Of a stretch of DNA of 64,000 nucleotides, positions 40,690 through 53,420 are shown in pieces. Source of the DNA: Octopus vulgaris (Eukaryota); NCBI GenBank assembly GCA_951406725.2, contig OX597817.1, positions 112,840,001 through 112,904,000 on the forward strand, read 5' to 3'. The notes under the pieces were generated by a model. It had not been told where the DNA came from. It made no database searches and saw only the letters and a list, made by a program, of their open reading frames with translations. The translations under genes were made by a program, and so were the position numbers. Position 1 is the stretch's first letter; every line of letters begins with the position of its first letter.

Positions 40690-41480
40690 CTGCCTTCTGT
40701 TTCCAACATCAAGAATTTAACATTATGTCCTCCCATGGTTAATCCAATGTATGCTGGAGGTCCCCTTTGCACATGTGGTTGTATCTAAAGTACGGGGGCC
40801 AGATGAGCCTGCTGGACATAATCCACACTCAAACTCATGATACAGTAATTTTTGTGGATGCAAACCCATGACCAACCTATAGCAGGTAATGTTCATTAAA
40901 CATTGTACTGGTAATTTGAGAGCCTGTTCTGTCAAGAACTTCATTATTGGTGATTTTGTCTTTTTATGTGATACCCAAGATTTTGTGAAGACTTCTCAAG
41001 TGATAAGCATATAAATTTCTCTTTTTCTTTTTTTATACATATCATCTATGTTTCATTACCATGGCAGAGAGTATTGATAATGCAAGTTTGATAAACCTTT
41101 AACTTGGTGGTCAGTGTAAAGGTTTTGTTTTCCCAGATTCTTTCTTTTAGTCATCACAGTAGATGTATTTTCAAATTTGATATTAATCTCAGTATTTAGA
41201 GACAAGTTGCTGGTTATGACTGAGCCCACTTATCTGAAGTTGTTTACTACTTTGGGTGAAGACCCACTGTTTGAAATGGAAGGAGAGTAGGGAGCATCCT
41301 GAATCAAAATTTCAGTTTTCTTTACACTAATAGTTAGAGCAAACTCTCTGCATGGCAAAAATGATAATTTTTTATGCAAAACCAAGCTTATAGCGTCAAA
41401 CTTAACATTCTTAAAGACTGCATATGACCTTCCTTAGCTTTGGCTTGCACTAAGTACACAACATTGAGTTTTCTTCCTAT
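40690..41480 (-). mobile_element. Old RTE (BovB-like) LINE fragment
   Basis: Reverse complement reads REFALTISVKKTEILIQ...VVNNFR*VGSVITSNLSLNTEINIK...PQKLLYHEF. Confidence 0.7.
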
Positions 41481-42125
41481 TCTGTACATAGATGTTGAAC
41501 AAATCAATTTCATAGATGCCACTGGAATTTCATGATATCTGTTACTAATTAATAATTTAGTATATGGTTTAGTGACCTTTAGACAATAGGATGCGACATA
41601 TGAAACTAAATGCAAGATATTTAGACTAGATCTTTATCATTTTCATCATTTGTCACTTGTAGCTATTTGGGTATATCAGAATCACTCTAACAATTAATGC
41701 TGCTTTATCCCACACCACTAAATTATGTTAAGTATAATATACTTTTATTAGATTTAACCATACTGCATTGACTTGCCTCTCAGGCCATCTATACATCATC
41801 CATCAATACACACATATATCATCATCATCATTTAACATCTGTCTTCCATGCGGGCATGGGTACATACACACACACACACACATTTATATAAACAATAAAT
41901 TAAATAGAGAGATTCAATTGACAATCCAATAACTTATTTGTGTTATAATGTAACATAATATACTATGAATATATGATAACATAAAAAAATCATTAAAAAG
42001 CAAAATAGCCAACTATTTGTTTCAACTTTATACATTATTTGATTTGTAAACAATAATCTCCACATACATGTATATGTATACATACATATATACATATATA
42101 CACAGACATATATATATATATATAC

Positions 42126-42191
<66 letters not shown>

Positions 42192-42230
42192 ATGTATATG
42201 TATGTGTGTATAAATATGTGTGTGTGTGTG

Positions 42231-42474
42231 GAGGCACCTGACTTAGTGGTTAGGGTATCAACATCATAATCATAAGATTGTGGTTTCGATTTCTGGACCA
42301 GGCGACGTGTTGTGTTCTTGTGCAAAACACTTCATTTCCTGTTGCTCCAATCCACTCAGCTGGCAAAAATGAGTAACGCTGCGATGGACTGGTGTTCCGT
42401 CCAGCTGGGGAACACATACACCATTGAAACCGGGGAACCGGGCCCATGAGCCTGGTTAGGCTTTAAAAAGGCGC

Positions 42475-42477
<3 letters not shown>
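42231..42477 (+). mobile_element. tRNA-SINE family D
   Basis: Matches the 13021-13258 copy along its length. Confidence 0.85.
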
Positions 42478-42507
<30 letters not shown>

Positions 42508-42510
<3 letters not shown>

Positions 42511-43170
42511 GGAGTTAAACGCAGGTGTTATTCAAATTCTTTTACTTCCGACATATGTTTCGAAGATATCACTGGTATTATTCCAAAGGAATAAAATGGT
42601 ATAAAACAATACAATCTTCTCTTCAGGTAAATGAAGAAATGAAACTCATTAATAAGACATTTTAACAGAATATGATGGATATATATAGTGATTAACTGAA
42701 CGCTATTAAGTTTGTTTTAAAAAAATGTTAGAAGATATAATGTCAAAGGTAGCCTATAGAAAGAGGAGGGGTAAAGGAAAGAAAAAAACAAATAAATGAG
42801 AAGCATATAACGATATATAAATGAAATAAAACTCTATAATCTTGGAAAAAAATATATCTAGTGAATCTGAAAAGTAAGAAGAAAATGAATGTTTAAATTA
42901 TATATAGTGATAGATATCTCTTATATGAACTAATGGTGTGTTTCTGCCAATGTTTACAAGGAGATTTTTAGAAAAAAGAATAAAAAATAGTTCAGAATTA
43001 CAGCGAAGACAGAATTCCTTGCCTTTATTATAAGGTATCAAAATTGAGAGAATCAACCAATCTAAATTAAATTGTTTCTTGTGGTCTTTTAGATACCAAA
43101 TTAATTTATTAAGCCCTTTACTGTTACGTTTATACCTATCCCTAAATGAAGAGTAATGATTAGAAATTTG
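42508..43170 (-). mobile_element. Penelope-like element 3' remnant (GIY-YIG endonuclease C-terminus plus pLTR)
   Basis: HYSSFRDRYKRNSKGLNKLIWYLKDHKKQFNLDWLILS...PYNKGKEFCLRCNSE...LLVN fits the PLE GIY-YIG tail pattern (H..SF...L...IW.LK...W.IL...Y....C.LC..E...LN). A hammerhead and (TA)n follow. Confidence 0.8.
42536..42640 (-). ncRNA. Type I hammerhead ribozyme of the PLE pLTR
   Basis: Reverse complement: ATTTCTTCATTTAC-CTGAAGA-GAAGAT...ATCTTC-GAAA-CATATG-TC|GGAAGTAAAAGAAT. 6-bp stem II, palindromic stem III, GUC triplet, stem I 11/14 paired. Confidence 0.85.
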
Positions 43171-43174
43171 TTGA

Positions 43175-43645
43175 TGGCCCAGCTTGATCTGTAGAAAAGG
43201 TGTAGATAGAAACTCCATAAGATGTACCAAGTGTAAGCTATAGACACCTAAAAGGTGCAGCTATATCAAAGGAAGGTAAACTGGGATGATAGTTTTGTGT
43301 GTGGAAGATGCACAGGGGTAATAAATATTGAAGATGTTCAGAAAACAGATTCCATCACATGTCAGAGGAAGGAAGAAACTAGAAGTAGTTGATAGCTTCT
43401 GTTACCTAGGTGACCAAGTCTGTAATGGGGGGGGGGGGTTATGAGAGCATTGCTACTAGAATAAGAATAGCCAGGGCAAAGTTCAGAAAGCTCCTACCTC
43501 TGCTGGTAACAAAGGGCCTCTCACTCAGAGTGAAAGGTAGACTGTATGATGCATGTATGCAAATAGACATGCTACACAACAGTGAAAGATGGGCCATGAC
43601 TGCTGAAGACATATGTAGGCTTGAAAGAAATGAAGCTAATATGAT
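43175..43645 (+). mobile_element. RTE LINE internal fragment (Cys-rich insert, YLG, post-RT region)
   Basis: WPSLICRKGVDRNSIRCTKCKL*TPKRCS...VCGRC...LEVVDSFCYLGDQV...RIRIARAKFRKLLPLL...LSLRVKGRLYDAC...MLHNSERW. Confidence 0.85.
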
Positions 43646-43982
43646 TTTTTTATTTTATATTCCTGTAAAGTTTTTATAGATAGGCAGTTTAATTTGATGT
43701 GTTTATAAAATAGTCAAAGAGGGTTTCTTTAATGTTTAGCACATTCTATATATATATATATATATATATTGCTATTGTAGTTTTAGGTGTTTAATTTTAT
43801 TAAATTTTAATGAATTTTTAAAATTTTTAATTTTCTAATTTTTAAAATCTTTTTAAATTTTGTAAAAATATATTAGGAAGTTTTATATATATATATTTAT
43901 TTTTATTCTTATTTTTAATGAAGATATCTTAGAATTTCTAGGATTAAGTTGGATATGTTAATAATAATAATAAAAAGAGAAA

Positions 43983-44067
43983 AATAGCCTGAGGATGCAC
44001 TGGTGGATTTATGTATTAGGTATAGCCTGGTAAAACAAACCACCAGGGCAGAAACATGTGTAGCATT
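43983..44067 (+). ncRNA. Type I hammerhead ribozyme
   Basis: AATaGC-CTGAGGA-TGCaCTGGTGG...CCACCAGgGCA-GAAA-CATGTG-TA|GCATT. Stem II 10/11 paired, GUA triplet, short stem I. Confidence 0.8.
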
Positions 44068-44178
44068 GATTAATATTATCTTCTTTCCCCACAGACTAAT
44101 AACAGGTAAAGTATATTTCGTTTTTGGATTTGGTTTGCAAGATTCTTTATATGAGTTTGTGTGTTGAAGCATATTCTA

Positions 44179-44489
44179 TTGTGTCTGGGGAGAGTCATTT
44201 TCTTTTTGTGTCTTATAAATATACAAACACATGCTCACACACACATACGTACATACGTACATGCATGCATGTATAAGCACATACACACACACACACTGAC
44301 CCACACACATGTGCACAAACAAACAAAAGGGAACGCAGTGTAAATAACGGACAGAGTCAAGACTATTGTAAAGGTTGCAAGACGCAACGAAAATTTTAGG
44401 AAAATAGAAATAAGAAATAAGTGGAAATTTTACTGGTGAGTGTGTTACATTATAAGGCACAAAAAGAAAATGACTCTCCCCAGACACAA
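44179..44489. repeat. 40-bp inverted repeat pair
   Basis: TTGTGTCTGGGGAGAGTCATTTTCTTTTTGTGTCTTATAA (44179-44218) versus TTATAAGGCACAAAAAGAAAATGACTCTCCCCAGACACAA (44450-44489); one mismatch. Confidence 0.9.
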
Positions 44490-44492
44490 GGT

Positions 44493-44559
<67 letters not shown>

Positions 44560-45270
44560 AAATAAGGTTGTCCTGAAATTGAAGTTGTGGTCCTATTGGT
44601 AAAATCCCAAATTTGTAATAATATTATAATTGATACTGTTTGCTTTGCATTAGTAAAGTGTAAAATGGTAAATATCCTGATAACCTGGAATAATTATTAT
44701 TCCATAAGTTTTTTTTAGAATATTTATAAATATATATATATATATGAGGTACAAGCATTAGTGCATACTTTCAGGTTCAATCTCACTGGATGGCATTATG
44801 GGGAAGTGCTTTGTACTATAACCTCAGACTGACCAATACCTTGTGAGGAAATTTGATAAATGGAAACTGCAGGAAGCTTGTCACATATAAATAAATGTCT
44901 GTGTTTGTTTGTGTGTGCATTTATGTGTATATGTCCATACATGCACACACAAATGTGCATCAATGCTAACACATTCCACACTCATTACAGCTTGAGTAAA
45001 ATTGTCTTAATATTGACATTGTGACTGGTTGCTTTACACTTTGAAAAAACCCCTGCAAAATAAACATATTCTTTAGTCGAGAAACAGGTAAGGATCGAAG
45101 TCAAGAAAAGCTCCCGGCTGAAAATTTTTTTGTCAAATGAATCTCTATCCAAACCCATGGTAAAATGGTCATCAAATGAACAAACTAATATCTATATCCC
45201 ATGTCCTTCCATACAACTTTCATTTACAAAATTTCACTCCAAAGACTTTTGTCAACCCAAGGCTATAGTA

Positions 45271-46570
45271 TGAGGTGGTATCAAAAAGTTTCTGGACTAG
45301 TTCTGTAGTGCACCAACAGATGGCAGCACACAATTGTGTGCATAGTGAGAGCTAGTGGTTACCATCATGAGGCAGTGTACCAAGTGACATCACTACATTT
45401 ACATCGTAAGTTGAGAAATTTGTGTTTTTGTGATCATGTGTATGCTGTAGTCTGCAATTTTTGTCATGTACAGGAACAAAGATCCAACTTTAAATTTTGC
45501 GTTAAAGTCAGGAAGTCTGCTACAGAGACATTGAGCATGCTTTGGCAAGCTTACAGTGATGAGGCAATGGGTCATCGTATGCAATGTTTTGAGTGTCACA
45601 GGCACTTCAAAAGTGGAACATTCTTGGAAGACAATGAATAGGCGTAGGAGTGGCTGTGTGGCAAGTAGCTTGCTTAAGAATCACATGGTTCCAGGTTCAG
45701 TCCCACTGCATGGCACCTTGGGCAAGTGTCTTCTACTATAGCCTCGGGCCGACCAAAGCCTTGTGAGTGGATTTAGTAGACGGAAACTGAAAGAAGCCCA
45801 TTGTATATGTGTATATATATATGTGTATGTGTGTGTGTAAATGTTTGTGTGCCTGTGTCCCTCCAACATTGCTTGACAACCGATGCTGGTGTGTTTACGT
45901 CCCTGTAACTTAGTGGTTTGGCAAAAGAAACCAATAGAATAAGTACTAGGCTTACAAAGAATAAGTCCTGGGGTCGATTTGCTCGACTAAAGGTGGTGCT
46001 CCAGCATGGCAACAGTCAAATGACTGAAACAAGTAAAAGAGTAAAAGAGTAAAAAGAGAGTGATCTGGAAGACCTGCCACAAGTGTCACCCCTGGAAATG
46101 TGGTATTGTGCATCCAAAATTCGTCACCCAGGGCCAGACCATCAATCAAGAGTTCTACTGTGACATTCTAATCAGTTTGAGGGAGGACATTCAATGAAAG
46201 CAACCGGATCTGTGGAGCACGATGAATTGAATTCTTCACAATGACAATGCACACTGTCACCGAGCTCTCCTCACTCGTGAGTTTCTCACCAAAAACAATA
46301 CGACATCACTTCCACTCCTGCCCTCTTCACCTAAGATGAAAATACGGGTCAAAGGTCGTCGTTGTCAAGATCCACAGTGAATCACAGAAAGTCATCAACT
46401 TGCTTACAGAAAACGACTTCCAAGCCAGATTCTAAAAGTGGTAAGAACACTGGGACCATTGTATTGCTGTACAAGGTGACAATTTTTGAAAGGAGATGAT
46501 TTCAAAACCTAGGTAAATAAAGTATTTTTAATAAACATAACTAGTCCAGGAACATTTTGTTGCCACCTCA
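45271..46570 (+). mobile_element. Mariner transposon (same family as 19770-21002), internally deleted
   Basis: Same TIRs and TA on both sides; EQRSNFKFCVKVRKSATETLSML, TINQEFYCDIL, ILHNDNAHCH. Confidence 0.9.
45639..46040 (+). mobile_element. tRNA-SINE family A, full length, inside the mariner
   Basis: Complete head-to-tail copy splitting mariner sequence that is contiguous in the 19770 copy. Confidence 0.9.
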
Positions 46571-46759
46571 TAAAAAAGACACTTTATTGAAAAGCAAACT
46601 TCTTGAATATAGTCATGTCTGTACTCTTTTGCAACATTTTAATTTGCATCAGTTCTTTTATTCTTTTACTTTTCTCAGTCCTTGGACTGTGGTCATGCTG
46701 TGCGCTGCCTTGAAGAATTTCAGTTGAACAAATTTACCCCAATATTTATTTTTTATTTC

Positions 46760-47002
46760 TGTTGTGTGGACACCTCCAGACGGTGAAGTAGACTAGCCCA
46801 ATACATAGATATAGAGGGAGAAGTCTAGACGTCAAGAGAACAGTTGAGTAGCGGTGAGTATAGTAGAGTTGAGTAGTAGAGGCATCTGAATGTGCGACAT
46901 AACAGTGGCGATGAGGATTTCGTAGCTCACACAGCCACTGTGTAGTATTGCAATATAACAGTGGCGACGAGGATTTCGTAGCTCACACATTGCGATATAA
47001 CA
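46760..47002 (+). mobile_element. Solo LTR-like insert with internal tandem PBS copies
   Basis: TGT...ACA termini, near-TSD ATTTC/ATTTA, inserted in a SINE A. Contains TGGCGATGAGGAT and TGGCGACGAGGAT. Confidence 0.65.
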
Positions 47003-47494
47003 ATTTATAAGGTTGGTGCTTATTCTACCAGTCTCTTTTGTCAAACTGCTAAGTTAGAGGGACATAAACAAACCAACTCTAGTTGTCAATTGATAGAGGG
47101 CAACAAACACAAATACAAGCACCAAGATCTCCACACACATACACACATTACATGACAGGCTACCTTCAGTTTCCTTCTATCAAATTCATTCACAAGTATT
47201 TGGTTGGCTTACAACAATAGTAGAAAACACATGCCCAACGTGCCATGCAGTGGGACTGAACCTGGAACTATATGGTTGGGAAACGAACTTCTTACCACAC
47301 TGCTATGTCTGTACCAATGCAGCCACACCAACACTCATGTACAAGCTATGCCTGTCTGTTTTATATATTTTTTTGTTCCCTTCCATTTAAATTGCAAGAT
47401 ATTTCATTACAAACATAATTACAAACTACATCTCTCTCTCTCTCCCCCTCCCTACTTCCCCCTCCCTGTCCCTTTTTCTCTTTATCACACACAC

Positions 47495-47534
<40 letters not shown>

Positions 47535-47726
47535 CAAACACACACACGCACATGCAAACACACACACACATGCACACACACTCAAATACACATAAATACA
47601 CACAGACATAAAATATTGAATGAGAGAAAAATCTTCATCCTCTTCCTACAAAAATTTTTTAAACAAAATAATAAAAAAAAAGAAGCTTTCTAATACATAC
47701 TTAATATATATATTTATGTGTGTGTG

Positions 47727-47774
<48 letters not shown>

Positions 47775-48515
47775 CAAATGTAATTTCAAAGTTTAAAATG
47801 GCAAATATATGGCATATACAACAATATTTCAATAGTATTTCCATCATTTTACTCTATACACATTTATTTCTGAGAGCATTTTGGTTAATCTCGAGCAAAG
47901 AATCAATAACAGAAAAATCTGGTCGTTCGTCTTTCTCATGGATGATAATATATTTGTGAAAGAATGTGATTCTATAAAATGGAAATATATATTTCACTCT
48001 CTGTCTCCCCCCTCTTTCTCTTTCTCTTCCCCTCTTTACCTCTCTCTGCTCCCTCTTTCACTCTCTCTTTTCCCCATTTTTCTCTTTCTCTCTCTTTCAG
48101 TCTTTCTTACTGATTCTGTTTCTCTTGCACTCTTTGTATCCTTGTCTCTCTGTGTCTGTCTCCAACTCTGTGTAGAATGGTTTCTATCAATAACAGCAAA
48201 GTGATTCCATGAAAAAGAATTAATCAGTGTCCTGATCACTAATTACTTATTTTGCAATAATCAAGTGCTTACAAGTCTGTATCGTTGACAGAAATTGCTT
48301 CTTTGTTGTTGCTCTTTGTGTTACTGTTGTTGCAGATTATATTTTACAAATGTAACAGCCTTTAGTGGACGTTCATTTATAAAAAGAAATGATAGTAGAT
48401 AGGCCAAAAAGAGAGCCTTTATGCCAATAAAAGAGATACGGTGTGGTCATTTGTTGGACTTTTAAATTTACTTTTTAATAGTGATTTCATTGCTTTAACA
48501 AAAGTGGTGAAATCT

Positions 48516-48561
48516 ACACTTTGCTGATGAATTCATAATAAAACTGAAACATGTCTAGTGT
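48516..48561 (+). ncRNA. Degenerate minimal hammerhead
   Basis: ACACTttg-CTGATGA-...-GAAAC-AT-GTC|tAGTGT. Core and palindromic ACATGT stem III are present; stem II is decayed. Confidence 0.5.
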
Positions 48562-49039
48562 TGTGTCTTATACTTGCTGAAAGAATTTTTTTACCCTTCT
48601 ATAAGGAGAGAAAGTAGTGCTTATTATGCAATAAAGGACATCTAACTGAGTGGTCAGAGGGAGTAAGGCATCCTCAAACTGAAGACTGGGTCAGAATGCT
48701 GAAAACAAAGAGAACATCATGAAAAGACCCCAGGGTAGCAAGTTGTGGTTTTAAACTAGGAAGGTTTGATTCTACCTTGTATACCCTGGGTGGAGGCACG
48801 TGGCATAGTGGTTAGGGTATTGGACTCATGATCATAAAATTGTAGTTTCAATTCCTGGACCAAGTAACACGTGTTCTTGAGCTAAATACTTAATTTCACG
48901 TTGCTCCAGTCAGTCCACTCAGCTGGTAAAAGTGAGTAATCTTGTGATGGCCTGGCATCCTATCCAGGTGCAGAATATATATGTCATGAAACCAGGAAAC
49001 TGGGAAACTGGCCCTTGTGAGTTGGCATGACCCACGAAG

Positions 49040-49460
49040 GTAACTCTTTTACTCTTTTACTCGTTTCAGTCATTTGACTGTGGCCATGCTGGAGCACTGC
49101 CTTTAGTCAAGCAAATCAACCCCAGGATTTATTCTTTGTAAACCTAGTATTTATTCTGTCTGTCTCTTTTGCTAAGTTACAGGGACGTAAACACACCAGC
49201 ATTGGTTGTCAAGTGATGATGGGGGGGACAAACACAGACACACAAACATATACACAGGTATACATATATACGATGGGCTTCTTTCAGTTTCCATCTACCA
49301 AATCCATTCAAAAGGCTTTGGTCAGCCTGAGGCTATAGCAGAAGATGCTTGCCTGTGGTGCCACACAGTGGGAATGAATCCAGAACCATGTGGTTGGTAA
49401 GTAAGCTACTTACCACACAGCCACTCCTGCATCTATAGCTACTTACCACACAGCCACTCC
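49040..49460 (-). mobile_element. tRNA-SINE family A, full length, 5' end duplicated
   Basis: Consensus match; AGCTACTTACCACACAGCCACTCCT occurs twice (49404 and 49437). Confidence 0.85.
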
Positions 49461-50180
49461 TCTTTACTTTTGCCCTTTTTTTTTTGTATACCCTAGCAGA
49501 ATTTGAACTCAGACAGTAAAGAATCAGAGCAAATACAATTATCTAGACTGACATTCTTATAACTCTGCCAAATGGGTGAATCCAGTCAGTTATAGACATC
49601 CCACAAGATGGAGGATGGGGGTGAGTTAACGAAAAAGTACCTATATATGTGGTGTGTATGTAAATATTTATGTGTGTGTGTGTGTGTTTGTTCCCCCACC
49701 ACCACTATCACCATCACTTGACAACTGATACTGGGGTGTTTATGTCCCTGTAACATAATTGTTTGGCAAAAGAGACTGATTGAATAAGTACTATGTTTAC
49801 AAAGAATAAGTCCTGGGGTTGATTTCTTCGACTCCAACCCTTTATGGTAGTGCTCCAGCATGGCTGCAGTCAAATTGCTGCAACAAGTAAAAGAATAAAA
49901 GTATGTGTAGGCAATGATGAATAACCAAAACCTTTGACATTGTGCCATGCTTGAGAAGAAGATCCACCAAGCCAGGTAAAATCGCAGTTGTAGCAGATAC
50001 TGGTGCTTTGCAAATGGCACCCGTTAAAAGCATCCATTACACTCTCATGGTGGTTGGCATTAGGAAGGGCATCCAGCTGTAGAAACCATGCCAAATCAGA
50101 CTGGGGTCTGGTGCAACCTTCCAGCTTGCCAGCCCTGGTCAAACTGTCCAACTCGTGCCAGCATGGACAACAGATGTTAA

Positions 50181-50215
<35 letters not shown>

Positions 50216-50776
50216 ATGTATGTATGTATGTGTGTGTGTACGTATGTGTGTATGTATGTATTGTATATATGTATATCTCTCCTATTTTTTAATTATTGTA
50301 TGTATGTATGTATAGTTAGAGGGAGACAATACATTAATCAACTTAAAGTATGTTATATTATGACAGTTTGAAAATAACATCAATCTTGACCATTCACTGG
50401 AAAGTGAGTAGACTAGAAAAGATTGTTGAAACTGAAACATTTAGTGTTTGTTTTCGTGTTTTTAACCATCTCATGCTGCTTAGCATATTGGTCCATCATA
50501 ATCCATCATGTTCTCTAGTTTGTTTGGACAGTACTTCGCTCTACCTGTGCTTATTTCTTAGAGGAAAGGAACGTTGAGTTCTTACAGTAGAGTATTGCAC
50601 TCTATGAGAAAACGAGAGAAAAAGAAAGATCAACTCTAGTACTTGGCTTGTACTTTATTTGTTGACATACACCCACTTCTTTAAGATGAAGAGCAAAACT
50701 GACCATGTTAGTATTTGAACTAAGAACACAAAGGGCCAAAGTGATTACTACAAGATATTTGTCCATTTCTCTTATG

Positions 50777-50965
50777 CAGTGGTTCTCAACTGTGGTCCAC
50801 ATGTCCCTTTGGGGTCCATATAAGATTTTTTTGTGAATAAAATTGGTTATATTTAATTATAGAAATATAATGGGGTTTTTTAAAACATCGAATAGCTATG
50901 GGGGTCCATCCAAGGAAAACAGGAATTAAAGGGGTTCATAGGTAAAGAATGGTTGGGAAACACTG
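50777..50965. mobile_element. hAT (Charlie-like) MITE
   Basis: CAGTGGTTCTCAAC ... GTTGGGAAACACTG termini, internal GGGGTCC repeats. Confidence 0.7.
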
Positions 50966-52849
50966 CTTTACTGATCCTGCTAGTTAACTAACTTATTTCA
51001 GGGTCCTCACTAACTAATATTGTATTTCATTTATTGACAGCTCAGGTGATAGATATCCCTAATACCAAGTAATAGCTACAATTTTTAATTGTGTAAAGGA
51101 ATATTAGCAGGTTTATATATTGAACGAATATATTTTTAATTTCCTTGAAAACATTTAAATTATTTTTGTTTATATTTTTTAAGTCTTTTGAAAATAATTG
51201 ATTTTCCTCACAGATAAATTCAAAGTAGTTTAACAATTATCTGCTTTATTTTATACAAGAAAATCACTGACAAGTATTTACTTTTTATCTTTGACAAATG
51301 TGCCATTAAATTTTCTTACAATGCTGTGATATCATTCATTTAGAAATTCAGTGTTGTAAAAGAAATTGGCAATTCTCTTTCAATTGGATCCCATTGCTAA
51401 AATCAAAATATCATCTGTGAAATGAGTCCATGATTCCTGACAGCAAATCACTGATGTGACAAATGTGATTTCAATCAAGAAATAGTCTTCTTTGTCTTGT
51501 TACTATAGAAACATTAATCATACATACACTGCAATACAAATATTGTTGTCTCCTTGGTAGTTAGATTTCTGATAATTACATAAACTCCCAATGAGATGAT
51601 ACATTTTTTGTTGTTGTTGTTGTTTTATAAATTCAATCATACGATATCTTTCTTAAGGACCACGTTGAGGAGTCGTTTCAGACCCATTTAATTAAGCAGA
51701 ATGTTTGCCAAGTACTACCTTAACACCATCTTGTAAGAGAAAAATATTGAATCAATTCCATCCATACTTTTATTCTCTTATGATTTAGTCCTTATTTCTT
51801 TTAATGCTAGGCTGATGTGAGTTATAAAGTTCTCTCCAGTAAAATGACACATTTATGGATATACTTTTAGTGTAACAAGAAAACAAACTAGCCAAATGCA
51901 TAAAGCATTGGATTATGAGCTCATTGATTGTGAGTTCAAGCCCATTGCAAGTGTTTTGGGAGTAAACTTAATTTATTGTATATCAATTCACCATGGAATG
52001 GTACTTGTGATAGACCTATCTCATTGTCATGTGTGTGTGTGTGTGTGTGGAGTGAATATAAAATGTTCTTGGAATGGTAATCAGTTGATTCTCATTGATT
52101 TTCCACATAGTTTCACTTAATTTTTAACTGAAAAGACTGAATCAAATAAATGTAAAAATCTAAATATAGGGTCAACCTCAAGACTATCTTAAGGACTTTT
52201 TCTCATAGCATTGAGCAGAATGCCACTCTAACTGAAGTAGTATTTTCAAGTAACTTGGTATCAATTTTCCAATGCCCAATAAACTAAAGGAAGGGAAAAT
52301 TTTAATGTACCATTCAAACATACAACAAAATACTTGCAGTTGATTTGAACTCAAGATCTTTGAACAGGTAGTCGTTTCACTTCTACAGATTCAGTCAAGT
52401 AACATTCAAAGATCTGTGCAGCAAGCTGTACATTCACAGGAAGATCTCTTACCTTCTTATACATAGAGTGATATGCATCTATGAATCAATTTGTGAACTG
52501 AAACTCTATTTGCAAATTCATATCAAACATATTTACAGAGAGAAAACTAATACAGGTGTTTAAATACAGAGTCTGTTTGCTCTTGAGTACAAAACATGAT
52601 ACCAGGGATAAAACAAACAAGTGTAATTAAATTAGAAAAAGCACAGAACAGCTGTTATAATAACAATTACTTACACAGAATTGTAGAAGAGCTGTAGAGT
52701 CAATTTAACCAACCTCAGTATATGACTGGTACTCATTTAACTGATCCATGTTATTGAAGGAGTGAAAAACAAAGTCAGCCATTGTAGATTGGAATGTAAA
52801 GCAATAGAATTAAATACCACAATGCATTTTGTTTAAAATTGTATCATTT

Positions 52850-53420
52850 CCCTTCTCCCCACTGACCTTACTTGAAGCTATCAGCCTGAGGGCAATCTCA
52901 CTGATGAGTTATGAGCAGAAATCATTAAGAGGAGAAAGGTTAAATGGAAGGATATTGACAGGAAGACAAGGAAGCAGTTGACTATGCACAGATACATGCA
53001 GCCCCATAGAATATTTATACTGGAAGAGAAGAGAAGGAGTAACAAGGGTGTTGAAGAGTATTGAAGAAGTTGTAAAATTAGAGAAAACAAGTCTTGTATT
53101 CTATCTGGAAGAGAAAGAAGAAATTCTGAAGGAAGTGACAAGAGAAAAATTACTTACTGAGTTGAGTTGGTGGCACCCAAATGGAAGACATAAGAATGTA
53201 GAGAAAAGAAAGTCAAACTTTGAGGATGGAAGCTCCATTTAGTGTTTTTCAAAGACACAAAGGAAATAAAGGATGACAAGGATAGCTGGCTTTGGTTAAA
53301 GAATGGAGCAATGAAGAAAAATACTTAGTAGTTGATTCTAGCTGCACAGTGACATGCTTCAAAGATAAACTGGATCCAGAGAATTATAGATAAGCAGCAT
53401 TTTTCACTTAAATATACAAG
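52850..53420 (+). mobile_element. R4/Dong-like non-LTR retrotransposon fragment
   Basis: KWKDIDRKTRKQLTMHRYMQP ... SWLWLKNGAMKKNT**LILAAQ*HASKINWIQRIIDK; post-RT motifs typical of this clade. Confidence 0.6.
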
